From positions 1-27,542 of the IMG/VR virus record IMGVR_UViG_3300017722_001532: DNA of 27,542 bases. The stretch is one strand, 5' to 3'. The position numbers were made by a program, and so were the translations under genes. Of the stretch, positions 17,512-26,387 are shown piece after piece (the stretch's first letter is position 1; each line of letters begins with the position of its first letter). A model generated the notes under the pieces. The model made no database searches, was not told where the DNA came from, and saw only the letters and a list, made by a program, of their open reading frames with translations. The DNA is from a virus. Taxonomy: Duplodnaviria; Caudoviricetes.

Positions 17512-18528
17512 ATGCTGCGCTTTAGAGACTATATCCAGTATGTATATGAATCTGTAAAAGATGAATCAAAGCCATCATCTGATACTAAAGGTAAATTACA
17601 TGAATTGCTCGTTGGTTATCATCTAAATGGCGGTAATCATATGGATCATCATGAAGATAAAGCTGGCGATAGCCCAGAGATTGCCCACGATAAACTTAAA
17701 TCATCTATAAAACCTGAGCATTATCAGAAAATTTTTGATCGAGCAAAATCCGCGGCTGACGATATTAGGAAAAGCGCTGAAACTGCTGGGCATAAAATTA
17801 CAAAAGTGCATTGGACGTCAAAACCGGGTGATTTAAAAAAATCAACCGGCATAGATGCATCACAAACTCAAGATGCTTCTGATATTGTAGTTCATACATC
17901 AAATGGGAAAAAAACAAAATTCCACGGTATAAGCTTAAAGGTAACTGATTCAGCAAATAAACAAATACCAGTTTCAAATCCCGGCATGAGTTCAACTCTT
18001 GGAGGCGAATTAATTCATAATAAACATAAAGATAGCATTATAGCAGCATATCCTGAAATAGGTAAAGCATCAAATAAAGAAAAGCGCGCTAAAATTTTAT
18101 CGGATAATCCAAAAATGGCTGCAGATATTAAAGCTCGCAATATAACCACATTAAGATCTGTTGCTAATAATTTACATTCTAAACTTTCTAATATGAAGTC
18201 AGAGGATTTAGTTCAGCATATTAGAAATCATGTATTAGCATCCAATACAACTCCCATGCAGGCACAAGGTCATAATCATATTAGACATACTACATACGAA
18301 AAGCGTGGTAAAATTGAACATCATGCAATTGATCCAAGTTCACATTTTGAACACATTCTTCAGGATCATAAAAATATTTCAGTTCAACATTCTGGCACAG
18401 CTGTACATTTTTATCATACAGATCCTAAGACTGGTAAAAAAACAAAATTTGCCTCACATAGAATTAAATTTGGTTCACAAAGCGATCCATTAAGTACAAT
18501 CAAAGGCTCTGGAGTTGCTCATGTATAA
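17512..18528 (+). CDS. PD-(D/E)xK-like nuclease-fold protein with N-terminal capsid-targeting-like sequence
   Basis: KGKLHE...ASDIVV...GISLK motif spacing; N-terminus MLRFRDYIQYVYE; SD GAGGG favours ATG 17512 over 17506. Confidence 0.6.
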   Translation: MLRFRDYIQYVYESVKDESKPSSDTKGKLHELLVGYHLNGGNHMDHHEDKAGDSPEIAHDKLKSSIKPEHYQKIFDRAKSAADDIRKSAETAGHKITKVHWTSKPGDLKKSTGIDASQTQDASDIVVHTSNGKKTKFHGISLKVTDSANKQIPVSNPGMSSTLGGELIHNKHKDSIIAAYPEIGKASNKEKRAKILSDNPKMAADIKARNITTLRSVANNLHSKLSNMKSEDLVQHIRNHVLASNTTPMQAQGHNHIRHTTYEKRGKIEHHAIDPSSHFEHILQDHKNISVQHSGTAVHFYHTDPKTGKKTKFASHRIKFGSQSDPLSTIKGSGVAHV

Positions 18529-19690
18529 TATGCTTAGCTTTAAAGAATACATTCAAGAATCAGCTGCAAGTGAGGATAAGCTCACTCACCTTGAGCACCT
18601 TGAAGATCATCCTATTAATGCTGGAGCCGAAGGCATTTCTCATGCAATTCGTAACTTGAATGCTGTACACAGAAAACTTCGTGGTGCAAATAACGATACT
18701 CGTATCACCACAAAATTTGATGGATCTCCTTCGATTGTCTTTGGTCGTCATCCAGAAACTGGAAGATTTTTTGTTGCTTCAAAGTCTGCATTTAATAAAA
18801 ATCCAAAGATCAACTACACTCAAGAAGACATCGAAAAGAATCATGGCCATGCGCCTGGACTCGTAGAAAAGCTTGGAGCTGCTCTAAAGCATCTACCAAA
18901 AGTAACACCACCAAGAGGTGTATTCCAAGGTGATGTCATGCACTCTGGTAACGATGTGCAAAAGACTGGTAGAAAAGTATCTTTTACGCCAAACACAATT
19001 ACTTACTCAGCTCCATCGGGTTCCAAACAAGGCAAAGCTGCTCAGCGAGCAAAGATCGGTGTTGCAGTTCATACCGCGTATAAGGGCGATACATTTGATG
19101 ATATGAAAGCTGAATATGCTCCAAAGTTAGAATCATTTGGAGAACATCCAGATGTTCATATGATTTCAGTTGAACACAACTTAGAAAAAACAAAATATAC
19201 GCCTGAACAACAATCAGAATTTAAACAACATTTAAAGAAGTCGATTAGAGCTTCACGTGGAATTAATCATGATGCAATTGTTCCTCATCAGATTCCATTA
19301 AAGACTTATATTAATTCTACTGTGCGTAATGGAACTCGCCCTTCGACCGAAGGTTTTATAGAGCATTATAAGAAATCACTTCAGAAAAAAGTTGATGATG
19401 TAAAGACTCCAAAAGCTAAAGAAGCAAAAACTGTAGAGATGCAACGTACGCTTGATCACGCTATGACAAATAAGCAACACTTCGAAAAGATGCTCGAGTT
19501 ACATCATCATTTACAAAACGCAAAGAATGTTTTAACAAATGCACTTTCTTCTCATAGTGGTGATTTTGAAAACAATATTGATGGAAAGAAAGCAAAACCT
19601 GAAGGCTTCGTGGTTGTACAAAATAATCGTCCAACCAAATTTGTAGATCGTCAAGAATTTTCAGCAGCAAACTTTAATAGGCCAAAGTAA
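18521..19690 (+). CDS. RNA-ligase-fold nucleotidyltransferase (DUF6267-like) with capsid-targeting-like N-terminus; alternative start 18530
   Basis: Motif I TTKFDGS, motif III FQGD, motif IV PEGFVV, motif V TKFVDR; N-terminus MLSFKEYIQE. Confidence 0.7.
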   Translation: MYNMLSFKEYIQESAASEDKLTHLEHLEDHPINAGAEGISHAIRNLNAVHRKLRGANNDTRITTKFDGSPSIVFGRHPETGRFFVASKSAFNKNPKINYTQEDIEKNHGHAPGLVEKLGAALKHLPKVTPPRGVFQGDVMHSGNDVQKTGRKVSFTPNTITYSAPSGSKQGKAAQRAKIGVAVHTAYKGDTFDDMKAEYAPKLESFGEHPDVHMISVEHNLEKTKYTPEQQSEFKQHLKKSIRASRGINHDAIVPHQIPLKTYINSTVRNGTRPSTEGFIEHYKKSLQKKVDDVKTPKAKEAKTVEMQRTLDHAMTNKQHFEKMLELHHHLQNAKNVLTNALSSHSGDFENNIDGKKAKPEGFVVVQNNRPTKFVDRQEFSAANFNRPK

Positions 19691-20304
19691 TGAAAGCGAT
19701 AGTTACCACATTCGGACGAATGAATCCGCCTACGGTTGGCCATCAGAAGCTAATTAATCGTGTCAAATCATTGGCAAAATCTCAGAATGCTGAGCACGAT
19801 ATTCGCGTATCTCATTCTGTTGATCCAAAGAAAAATCCTTTGACTTCTGAACAGAAGCTGAAGCATCTTGGAAGAATATTTCCAAATACTAATTTTTCAG
19901 CATCATCAAAAGAACACCCAAGTTTTATTCACCATCTTAAACAATTGCATGCTTCTGGTTACACACATGTAACAATGGTTGCGGGTGATGATCGTATTCC
20001 AGAATATCAGCGAATCATTGACAAGTATAATCATCCAGCCGGTGAATTCAACTTCAAGTCAATTAAACTCGTTTCTGCTGGTAAGCGGGATCCTGATGCA
20101 GAAGGCGTAGAAGGCATGTCTGCATCAAAGATGAGATCTCATGCTCAATCCGGAAATTATGAATCATTTAGGTCAGGTCTTCCTGATCATGTATCGCATG
20201 AACACGCTAAAGCACTTTATGATGATGTAAGAAATGGTATGGGACTGAAGAACGAATCAGTGTTCCTTCGCTTTAAATCTTGGATAATGTTAGAGAGTAA
20301 ATAA
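19690..20304 (+). CDS. class I (HxGH-type) cytidyl/adenylyltransferase-like protein
   Basis: TFGRMNPPTVGH, KNPL, AGDDR, GMSASKMR; TAATG coupling to the ligase-like gene. Confidence 0.88.
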   Translation: MKAIVTTFGRMNPPTVGHQKLINRVKSLAKSQNAEHDIRVSHSVDPKKNPLTSEQKLKHLGRIFPNTNFSASSKEHPSFIHHLKQLHASGYTHVTMVAGDDRIPEYQRIIDKYNHPAGEFNFKSIKLVSAGKRDPDAEGVEGMSASKMRSHAQSGNYESFRSGLPDHVSHEHAKALYDDVRNGMGLKNESVFLRFKSWIMLESK

Positions 20305-20305
20305 A

Positions 20306-20593
20306 ATGAAAACATTAAAACAATTTTTAGACGAAGCCGCAGTCGATGGAAAAGGACATAAGAGTTCTACTGGTGGTTTAACTCAAAAAGGCCGCGATTA
20401 TTACAACAATAAGACTGGCGGAAACCTACAAGCTCCAGTCACGACTAAGCCTTCTAAATTAAAGCCAGGCAGTAAAGCAGCTGGCCGTCGTAAGAGCTTC
20501 TGTGCTCGAATGGGAGGCATGCCTGGACCAATGAAAGATGAAAAGGGTCGTCCAACTCGTAAAGCACTTGCTCTTCGTAAATGGAATTGCTAG
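20306..20593 (+). CDS. small basic protein (DUF6321-like), probable internal head protein
   Basis: N-terminus MKTLKQFLDE resembles the T4 capsid-targeting sequence; GGLTQKGR, RRKSFCARM, LRKWNC. Confidence 0.75.
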   Translation: MKTLKQFLDEAAVDGKGHKSSTGGLTQKGRDYYNNKTGGNLQAPVTTKPSKLKPGSKAAGRRKSFCARMGGMPGPMKDEKGRPTRKALALRKWNC

Positions 20594-20604
20594 TATTTTA
20601 AATG

Positions 20605-20612
20605 TATAAATA
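20605..20612 (+). promoter_or_regulatory. T4-type late promoter
   Basis: Exact TATAAATA in the intergenic region. Confidence 0.85.
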
Positions 20613-20617
20613 CACTT

Positions 20618-20792
20618 AGCGGTTAAGGCTAAGGCACCCCCGCATCAACAAGGTAAGTCTACGGAAAACCCTTATGTGCGACGAACGACAAACTGTGACT
20701 TCTTCTCCTATTCTATATGATGATAAGTCAAATAGAATTCCTAGCCTTAACCGCAACCTTATTACTCTTAGCTTCGCAGCTAGGAGTTTTTT
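20618..20792 (+). ncRNA. structured late leader RNA or small RNA (attenuator/riboswitch-like)
   Basis: Bounded by a late promoter and a terminator; two similar hairpins (20619-20643, 20650-20673); perfect 13-bp complementarity between 20619-20631 and 20742-20754; hairpin at 20710-20738. Confidence 0.6.
20764..20792 (+). terminator. intrinsic terminator directly upstream of the RBS of ORF 20810
   Basis: ACTCTTAGCT-TCGC-AGCTAGGAGT (10 bp with one G-U), then a T run. Confidence 0.8.
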
Positions 20793-20809
20793 AATTTCTA
20801 AGGACTGTC

Positions 20810-22285
20810 ATGGAAGATAACGAAATTAATGAAACGTTAAGCATTGAACAGCGCCGGAAGCGAGCGCAGGTGATGCGAGCTCATCACACAAAGATCGAAA
20901 GAGCTCGTGAAATTGCACAAAGAAAGCTTGCAGCTGAAAAGAATATTCGTAAGCGGTCCTTTCAACTTGCTCGATCAGTTATGCGTAAGAAACTTGCAGG
21001 CGAACGCGGCGCGGAATACGCGAAGCTTGGCCCATCAGAAAAAATTTCAATTGATCGTATGCTTGACGGTAAAGCAAATGCTATTAAGAAACTCGCTCTT
21101 CGCCTTATGCCCAAGGTAAAGAAAGCTGAATATGAAAGACTTCAATCATATCTACACGGGCATTCAATTCAAAACATGGGCGCTGAAGAAGGACACACAA
21201 TGAAAGAAGAAGTTAACGATTTATTCGAAGTTGCGTTTCCACAAGATCCGAATAGACCTATGGCCGGTAGTCCAAATTCAACAATGAGTTCTGGACTAGG
21301 TGAACCACGTTTACCTAAAACAAGTGCGCAAAAAGGAAAGACGAGCAAGCCGGCAGCTTCTATTAAAATGCATAAATCATTTAGCGGCGATAAGGTTTCT
21401 GAAGCAATTGATCGTAAAGCTAATCAATCCGGTATTGAGTTTGATGTTTTAGCTGAAGTGTTTTCACGTGGACTAGCTGCATGGACTGAAGATTGCAAAG
21501 TAAACCAAGTTCAGTACGCATTTGCTCGAATCAATTCGTACATCAATCAAGGTAAGACTTACTTTAATGAAGATGCAGATCTTCAGGAATTAGGTCCTGC
21601 TACACTTGATTCATATGCTAAGAAATCTAATAAAGAAGCAAAGGATCTAGTCAAGCAGATTGGTGATATCAATAACAAAAAATATGCGAATAGAACGAAT
21701 GCTCAGCCATTAAACAAACTAGGTTCTGGCGATGAAGATCAAAAAACAAGATTACTCGGTAAGCTTAAGCAAAGAAAATTAGGACAGACACTAGCAGTCG
21801 ATAAGCTCGATCGTATGAAGACAGAACAAACAGAAATCGTTGAAGCTTGCTGGAAGAAATATAAACAAGTTGGAACAAAACTAAAGAACGGTCGTCGAGT
21901 ACCTAACTGTGTTCCAGAACAAGTTGAACCAGAGGTACAACATAAGAATACGAAGAAGCGTAAAGGCATTGAAAACGTAGATCGTAATACGAATTATAGA
22001 ACTGAGCTTGGTAAGCAAACTGAAATTATGCGTAAGATTATTGAACAGCATGGAAACAAGATCAACGATCCAAAAAAGCGCCTTCAAGGAACTAATTCAC
22101 TCAATAAAGCTTATAGAGCAGATACGCCAGGTGAAGAAATTGAAGAGAATGCAGTCACCGCTGATAAAGAACCAGTAATTGTTGCAGCACACAAAGATGC
22201 ATACGGTAACACAATTCCAGCAAAGGCAATATTTAGAAAAACTCGTCGAAACATTTTGAAAACTGGAGATACACCGGCTAACTAA
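20810..22285 (+). CDS. modular basic protein, probable protease-processed internal head protein (contains a DUF5824-like domain)
   Basis: Basic modules separated by (I/L)xE sites; KANQSGI...RGLAAW...ARINSY domain; ACWKKYKQVG...VPNCVP module; SD AAGGA. Confidence 0.7.
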   Translation: MEDNEINETLSIEQRRKRAQVMRAHHTKIERAREIAQRKLAAEKNIRKRSFQLARSVMRKKLAGERGAEYAKLGPSEKISIDRMLDGKANAIKKLALRLMPKVKKAEYERLQSYLHGHSIQNMGAEEGHTMKEEVNDLFEVAFPQDPNRPMAGSPNSTMSSGLGEPRLPKTSAQKGKTSKPAASIKMHKSFSGDKVSEAIDRKANQSGIEFDVLAEVFSRGLAAWTEDCKVNQVQYAFARINSYINQGKTYFNEDADLQELGPATLDSYAKKSNKEAKDLVKQIGDINNKKYANRTNAQPLNKLGSGDEDQKTRLLGKLKQRKLGQTLAVDKLDRMKTEQTEIVEACWKKYKQVGTKLKNGRRVPNCVPEQVEPEVQHKNTKKRKGIENVDRNTNYRTELGKQTEIMRKIIEQHGNKINDPKKRLQGTNSLNKAYRADTPGEEIEENAVTADKEPVIVAAHKDAYGNTIPAKAIFRKTRRNILKTGDTPAN

Positions 22286-22376
22286 AATATTAAACAAAAC
22301 CGGTCTTGTGAATTATCTAAAGGTTTAATTGATGATAGAGAGACGCTTGTTTGGAAACTAAGATCAACTATCAAAG

Positions 22377-22384
22377 TATAAATA
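22377..22384 (+). promoter_or_regulatory. T4-type late promoter
   Basis: Exact TATAAATA upstream of SD AGGAG and ATG 22414. Confidence 0.88.
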
Positions 22385-22413
22385 GATAAAATATTCCATT
22401 AGGAGAAGAAGAA

Positions 22414-25029
22414 ATGAGTAACGATATGTTAAAGAATCTACCGAAAGGCCTAGTCGATGCGGTTAAGCTGATCATTGAAACAACTGTTCCAGTTCAGACA
22501 CGTCATGTTCAGCAGTTTGACGAAGAACTGAAGGGCAATCAGCACAAGATCGATGCAAACAAGAATGGCAAGATCGATGCTCATGATTTTAAACTTCTTC
22601 GTCGCAAGAAGGCTGTAAAGGAAGCACTCGAATCTGGTGTAGATGTAAGCGATATCGTTCAGTTTCATTCTCCTATGCAATCAGATCTTCACGAAGAAAT
22701 CGCTGTTGTAGTTCACCGCGATGCTCGTGACGGAACGATCCATGTCATGGCCGAAGGTATGAAGTATAAATTGAAGAAAGACCAAGTCAAGGAAGTTTCA
22801 GAAGAACTTCTTGGTGAAAATAATTATAAGACTGCGCCAACATCTTATGAAAAAGGAAGCAAAGAAGAAGAACAAGCCAAGAAAAAGGATAAGATGGTAG
22901 CAAATGTGCTTTTTGGTAAAAAGAAAACCAATGAAGAAACAGATCTTACCGAATCAACATATGAATTTGATATTTCAGGAGAACACGGTAATGCTGCAGT
23001 TGACGAGCTCGTAAAGCATGCTAATTCAAAAGGAATTAAAGCAAAGGTCCATACTTACGATGGTCCAGGAGGCGGCAACCCAGTAATTCATCTTAGCCAT
23101 AAAGATCCAAAAGTTGTGCATGACTATGTTAAAAACCATATCGATTCAGATGTAGATCTTAGTGATCATAAGATCAATGAAGAAGTTGAACAGGTTGATG
23201 AGCTTTCAATTGATACAATGAAAAGTTACGGCGATAAGAGAGCTAGAACCGCTTTCAGTGGTGGCAGAAAGCCAGGACAATCTGTTGATGCTGGTATAAA
23301 AATGAAAAGCCAACAAAGCAATAGTCTATCATTAGCAAGAACTAAAATTAATAGAGTACGTGATACTGGCAGCACTGTTCTTAATAAAGAAGAAGTTGAA
23401 GAGCTCGACGAATTATCAAAAGATACTGTTCAGAAGTATAAGAAAGCTGCAGTAAAAGATTATTACGATGCTGATGATGTAGATGATGGCCGTAGAGTTG
23501 GTCAACGTTATAAAGGTATTAAAATGGCCAATCGCAAGTTGGCTAAGGAAGAAGTTGAAGAGATCGATGAACTTTCCCAAAACAAACTTACTGACTACAG
23601 AGCAGCCGCCAAGAAGCAAGGCACTAACATTCAAAATAAAATGAAGATTGGCGGAGGCGATTGGTCAAAAGATGGATCAGAGACAAAAACACTTAGCAAG
23701 AGAATGGCTGGTTATAAGATGGCAGGACGTAAGATAAATCCTGGTATTTCTGCTTCAGTAGGAAAGGGTGTTAAGGTTCCTGCCAATGAAGAAGTCGAAA
23801 CTATTGACGAGCTTTCAAACAAGACACTAGCATCATACGTTAGTAAGGCTTCAAAGAGCAAGCAAAGAATCGACCAGAAGATGGATGATCTGGATAATGC
23901 TCGTCGCGTAGTTTCCAACATAGACGTCGATGATAGAACCAACGCAAACGCTCTTGATAACCAACTCCGCAAAGCAAGCAACAAGCTATACGACAAGTCC
24001 TACAACCGTAAGGCTGGTATGCATCAAGCTCTTAAGAAGCTAGCCAATGAAGAACTAGAAATCGAAGAAGGTATGGAATTTGAATTCGAAGATCGTGGCA
24101 TTGCTACAGTCGTAGAAATCACTGAGAATAGAATCATTCTTGCTTTTGATGAAGGTGTTGAAGAATTCAGCATCAACGATATCGAATTTGAAGAGCTCGA
24201 TGAAGCTCATGACGGATATAAAGCAGACTCTGAAAAGAGTAAGTTTAATTCTGGTCACAGAGCAAAGCTTATGAATCCAGAAGGTAAGGTATCTTACCTA
24301 AGTGGAAAATCATATAAGACTCCTGCACACGCAAAAGCTGCGGCTAAGTTCTACGGCTCTATCATGCATCTTCCAATTCGGACTATGGATAGTGAGATGA
24401 GTCAATATAATAAATCATATGATGCTAAGCATGGCGATGTAAAAGAAGAAGTTGAAATTGATGAGAACCTTAGCAAATTATCCAAGGTTGATCTTATTAA
24501 CAATTATCACAAATCTAAGAACGCATTAGGCAGATTAGGTCAAACACCATATGAAGATCGCGAAGATTCTGGGTGGGATGAAAGAGTTAAGCATCACAAG
24601 GATATATTAGATTCTCATATGGCTGAACTTAAGCGTAGAGAAGTTAAAGAAGAAGTTGAAATTGATGAAGCTCGTGGTCGTCCACCGAAGGCGCCAAAGG
24701 AAGGACAAAAACCTTCGCCAGCTTGGCAGCGTCATCTTGAGCGTCAAAACAAGGGCGAAGATAAAGAAGAACTCGAAGCTCTTGGAGCTCAGCTACGCAA
24801 AGCTGTATCGATCAATAAGCCAGTCACATTCCTGAATGGCGAAAAGAAAGAAGTCAGCCCAAGCCACATCACAAAATTTGAAGATCATATGGAAGCTCGT
24901 CCAAAAACGATTGACAAGCAAAAGTTCCAAAATGATGCTCATGCTTCTCATGATGCTTTCGTTAAATCAGTTACTGCTCCCGTGCCTAAGCCTGAGGGTG
25001 GAACAAGCTCAATCGTTAAATACCGTTAA
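22414..25029 (+). CDS. large repetitive protein with acidic EEVE-x-IDE linkers, probable prohead core/internal polyprotein
   Basis: At least 8 EE(V/L)E..(I/L/V)(D/E)E linkers flanking Lys/Arg-rich modules; EF-hand-like DANKNGKIDAHDF near the N-terminus. Confidence 0.7.
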   Translation: MSNDMLKNLPKGLVDAVKLIIETTVPVQTRHVQQFDEELKGNQHKIDANKNGKIDAHDFKLLRRKKAVKEALESGVDVSDIVQFHSPMQSDLHEEIAVVVHRDARDGTIHVMAEGMKYKLKKDQVKEVSEELLGENNYKTAPTSYEKGSKEEEQAKKKDKMVANVLFGKKKTNEETDLTESTYEFDISGEHGNAAVDELVKHANSKGIKAKVHTYDGPGGGNPVIHLSHKDPKVVHDYVKNHIDSDVDLSDHKINEEVEQVDELSIDTMKSYGDKRARTAFSGGRKPGQSVDAGIKMKSQQSNSLSLARTKINRVRDTGSTVLNKEEVEELDELSKDTVQKYKKAAVKDYYDADDVDDGRRVGQRYKGIKMANRKLAKEEVEEIDELSQNKLTDYRAAAKKQGTNIQNKMKIGGGDWSKDGSETKTLSKRMAGYKMAGRKINPGISASVGKGVKVPANEEVETIDELSNKTLASYVSKASKSKQRIDQKMDDLDNARRVVSNIDVDDRTNANALDNQLRKASNKLYDKSYNRKAGMHQALKKLANEELEIEEGMEFEFEDRGIATVVEITENRIILAFDEGVEEFSINDIEFEELDEAHDGYKADSEKSKFNSGHRAKLMNPEGKVSYLSGKSYKTPAHAKAAAKFYGSIMHLPIRTMDSEMSQYNKSYDAKHGDVKEEVEIDENLSKLSKVDLINNYHKSKNALGRLGQTPYEDREDSGWDERVKHHKDILDSHMAELKRREVKEEVEIDEARGRPPKAPKEGQKPSPAWQRHLERQNKGEDKEELEALGAQLRKAVSINKPVTFLNGEKKEVSPSHITKFEDHMEARPKTIDKQKFQNDAHASHDAFVKSVTAPVPKPEGGTSSIVKYR

Positions 25030-25044
25030 TAGGAGAAGAATAAA

Positions 25045-26328
25045 ATGTCACTTTGGGGAAATAAAGATAGCAAATCAGCAACTGGTACAGTCAGCATTGC
25101 CAGCACTGGTGTGGTAACTGGATCAAGCACTCTGTTTACGACAGAAGCAAAAGTCGGTAACACTATTCGTGCAGCTGGTGTTGATTATCTAATCGTAACA
25201 ATTACAAGCAATACAGTTGCTCTAGTAAGAATGGGTACAAATAATGGTAATGGTTTAGTCACTACTTGTTCTGCAGAAACCTACACATTATCTGAAAAAC
25301 CAGCATGGTGTGCTCAAGAGTCAGCTGACTCTGGTATTGGTGGCCACGGAGACTCTAATAAAGTATTCGGTATTGACACTACTGAAGACGCAGCCGGTGG
25401 TGATAATGTTACTAACGTAGCTGTTGTTTCTGGTAAAACCCGTTACTTAGAAGCTCCAGCAGTTACATTCTCTGGTGGCGGAGGCGCTTCTGCTGCAGCT
25501 ACTGCATCTGTCGCTGCTGGCGCAGTTAGTTCAATCGCTGTTACCAACGTAGGTTCTGCATATACTTCAGCACCGACCGTTGCTATTGCTAAACCAAAGC
25601 GCACTATTCCTACTTCTGGTGTTACTATTGCCAGTGAGCAAATTGCTTATGCTACTCACGGTTTAACTGCCGCTGAATCAGTTAAGTATTTCTCTAATGG
25701 TGGTACTGCTATCACTGGTTTAGTCAACGATACTGAGTATTTCGTATCTGCTCTTGGTTTAGCTGCAGGAACTTTCCGTCTTGCTGCTTCTGCCGGTGCA
25801 GCACCTGCTCGTACTGCTCTTACTGGTGTTGCAATCTCTGGTACTGCTGGTCAGTTTACGTGTACTGCAACTACTCTAGCTGCCAATGATCGTATTGAGA
25901 TTACTGGTACACTGGGTGGTACAGGTACTATTACTGGTTATGCAACAGGAACAGTCTATACCGTTTCTGCTGTTACAGGTACATCACCAAACGTAACTGG
26001 ATTCACTCTAACGACTGAAGCTGGTGTTGCGATCGTAACTACTGCTGGTACACCGACTGGTTTAACATATACACCATACACAATCGTATTAATTTCTGGC
26101 ACCGGTAACAACGCTCAGTTCTTTGAAATCCAAGCTGCAGCTGATCAGGCAACTGCTACTGCCGCATTAGGTTCTGGTGCTGGTGGTACTACACTAACTC
26201 ATGCTGGTTGGGTACGTCGTACTGTTGGTACTGGTGGCCGGGCTGGTCGTATTAACCAAGAAGTCTTAGTAGCCATGGGTTCAATCACTGGTGATCAGTC
26301 TGATGATATTCAGTATCCAGATGCTTAA
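25045..26328 (+). CDS. Gly/Ala/Thr-rich virion structural protein (fibre or decoration-like)
   Basis: MSLWG N-terminus, beta-rich G/A/T composition, C-terminal HAGWVRR...EVLVAM; SD AGGAG; followed by a strong terminator. Confidence 0.7.
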   Translation: MSLWGNKDSKSATGTVSIASTGVVTGSSTLFTTEAKVGNTIRAAGVDYLIVTITSNTVALVRMGTNNGNGLVTTCSAETYTLSEKPAWCAQESADSGIGGHGDSNKVFGIDTTEDAAGGDNVTNVAVVSGKTRYLEAPAVTFSGGGGASAAATASVAAGAVSSIAVTNVGSAYTSAPTVAIAKPKRTIPTSGVTIASEQIAYATHGLTAAESVKYFSNGGTAITGLVNDTEYFVSALGLAAGTFRLAASAGAAPARTALTGVAISGTAGQFTCTATTLAANDRIEITGTLGGTGTITGYATGTVYTVSAVTGTSPNVTGFTLTTEAGVAIVTTAGTPTGLTYTPYTIVLISGTGNNAQFFEIQAAADQATATAALGSGAGGTTLTHAGWVRRTVGTGGRAGRINQEVLVAMGSITGDQSDDIQYPDA

Positions 26329-26340
26329 TAAATAATAATG

Positions 26341-26368
26341 AGAGGGGAGATTTTTCTCCCCTCTTTTT
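26341..26368 (+). terminator. intrinsic terminator
   Basis: AGAGGGGAGA-TTTT-TCTCCCCTCT followed by TTTT. Confidence 0.9.
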
Positions 26369-26387
26369 GATTTAAGGGTTAATTGTT

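Noticed and set aside
20619-20673. Resemblance of the tandem hairpins to preQ1-I or c-di-GMP-I riboswitches, tRNA, or CRISPR repeats
   Set aside because: No preQ1 loop-tail pseudoknot pairing, no GNRA-containing c-di-GMP P1/P2 architecture, no cloverleaf, and only two diverged copies with a 6-nt gap
626-24258. Numerous minus-strand and alternative-frame ORFs (e.g. 626-1006, 1975-2622, 11748-12242, 23712-23996)
   Set aside because: They are shadows of well-supported plus-strand genes and show no recognisable motifs
26327-26334. AATAAATA as a fourth late promoter
   Set aside because: One mismatch to consensus, overlaps a stop codon in AT-rich sequence, and would fire directly into a terminator; left unresolved
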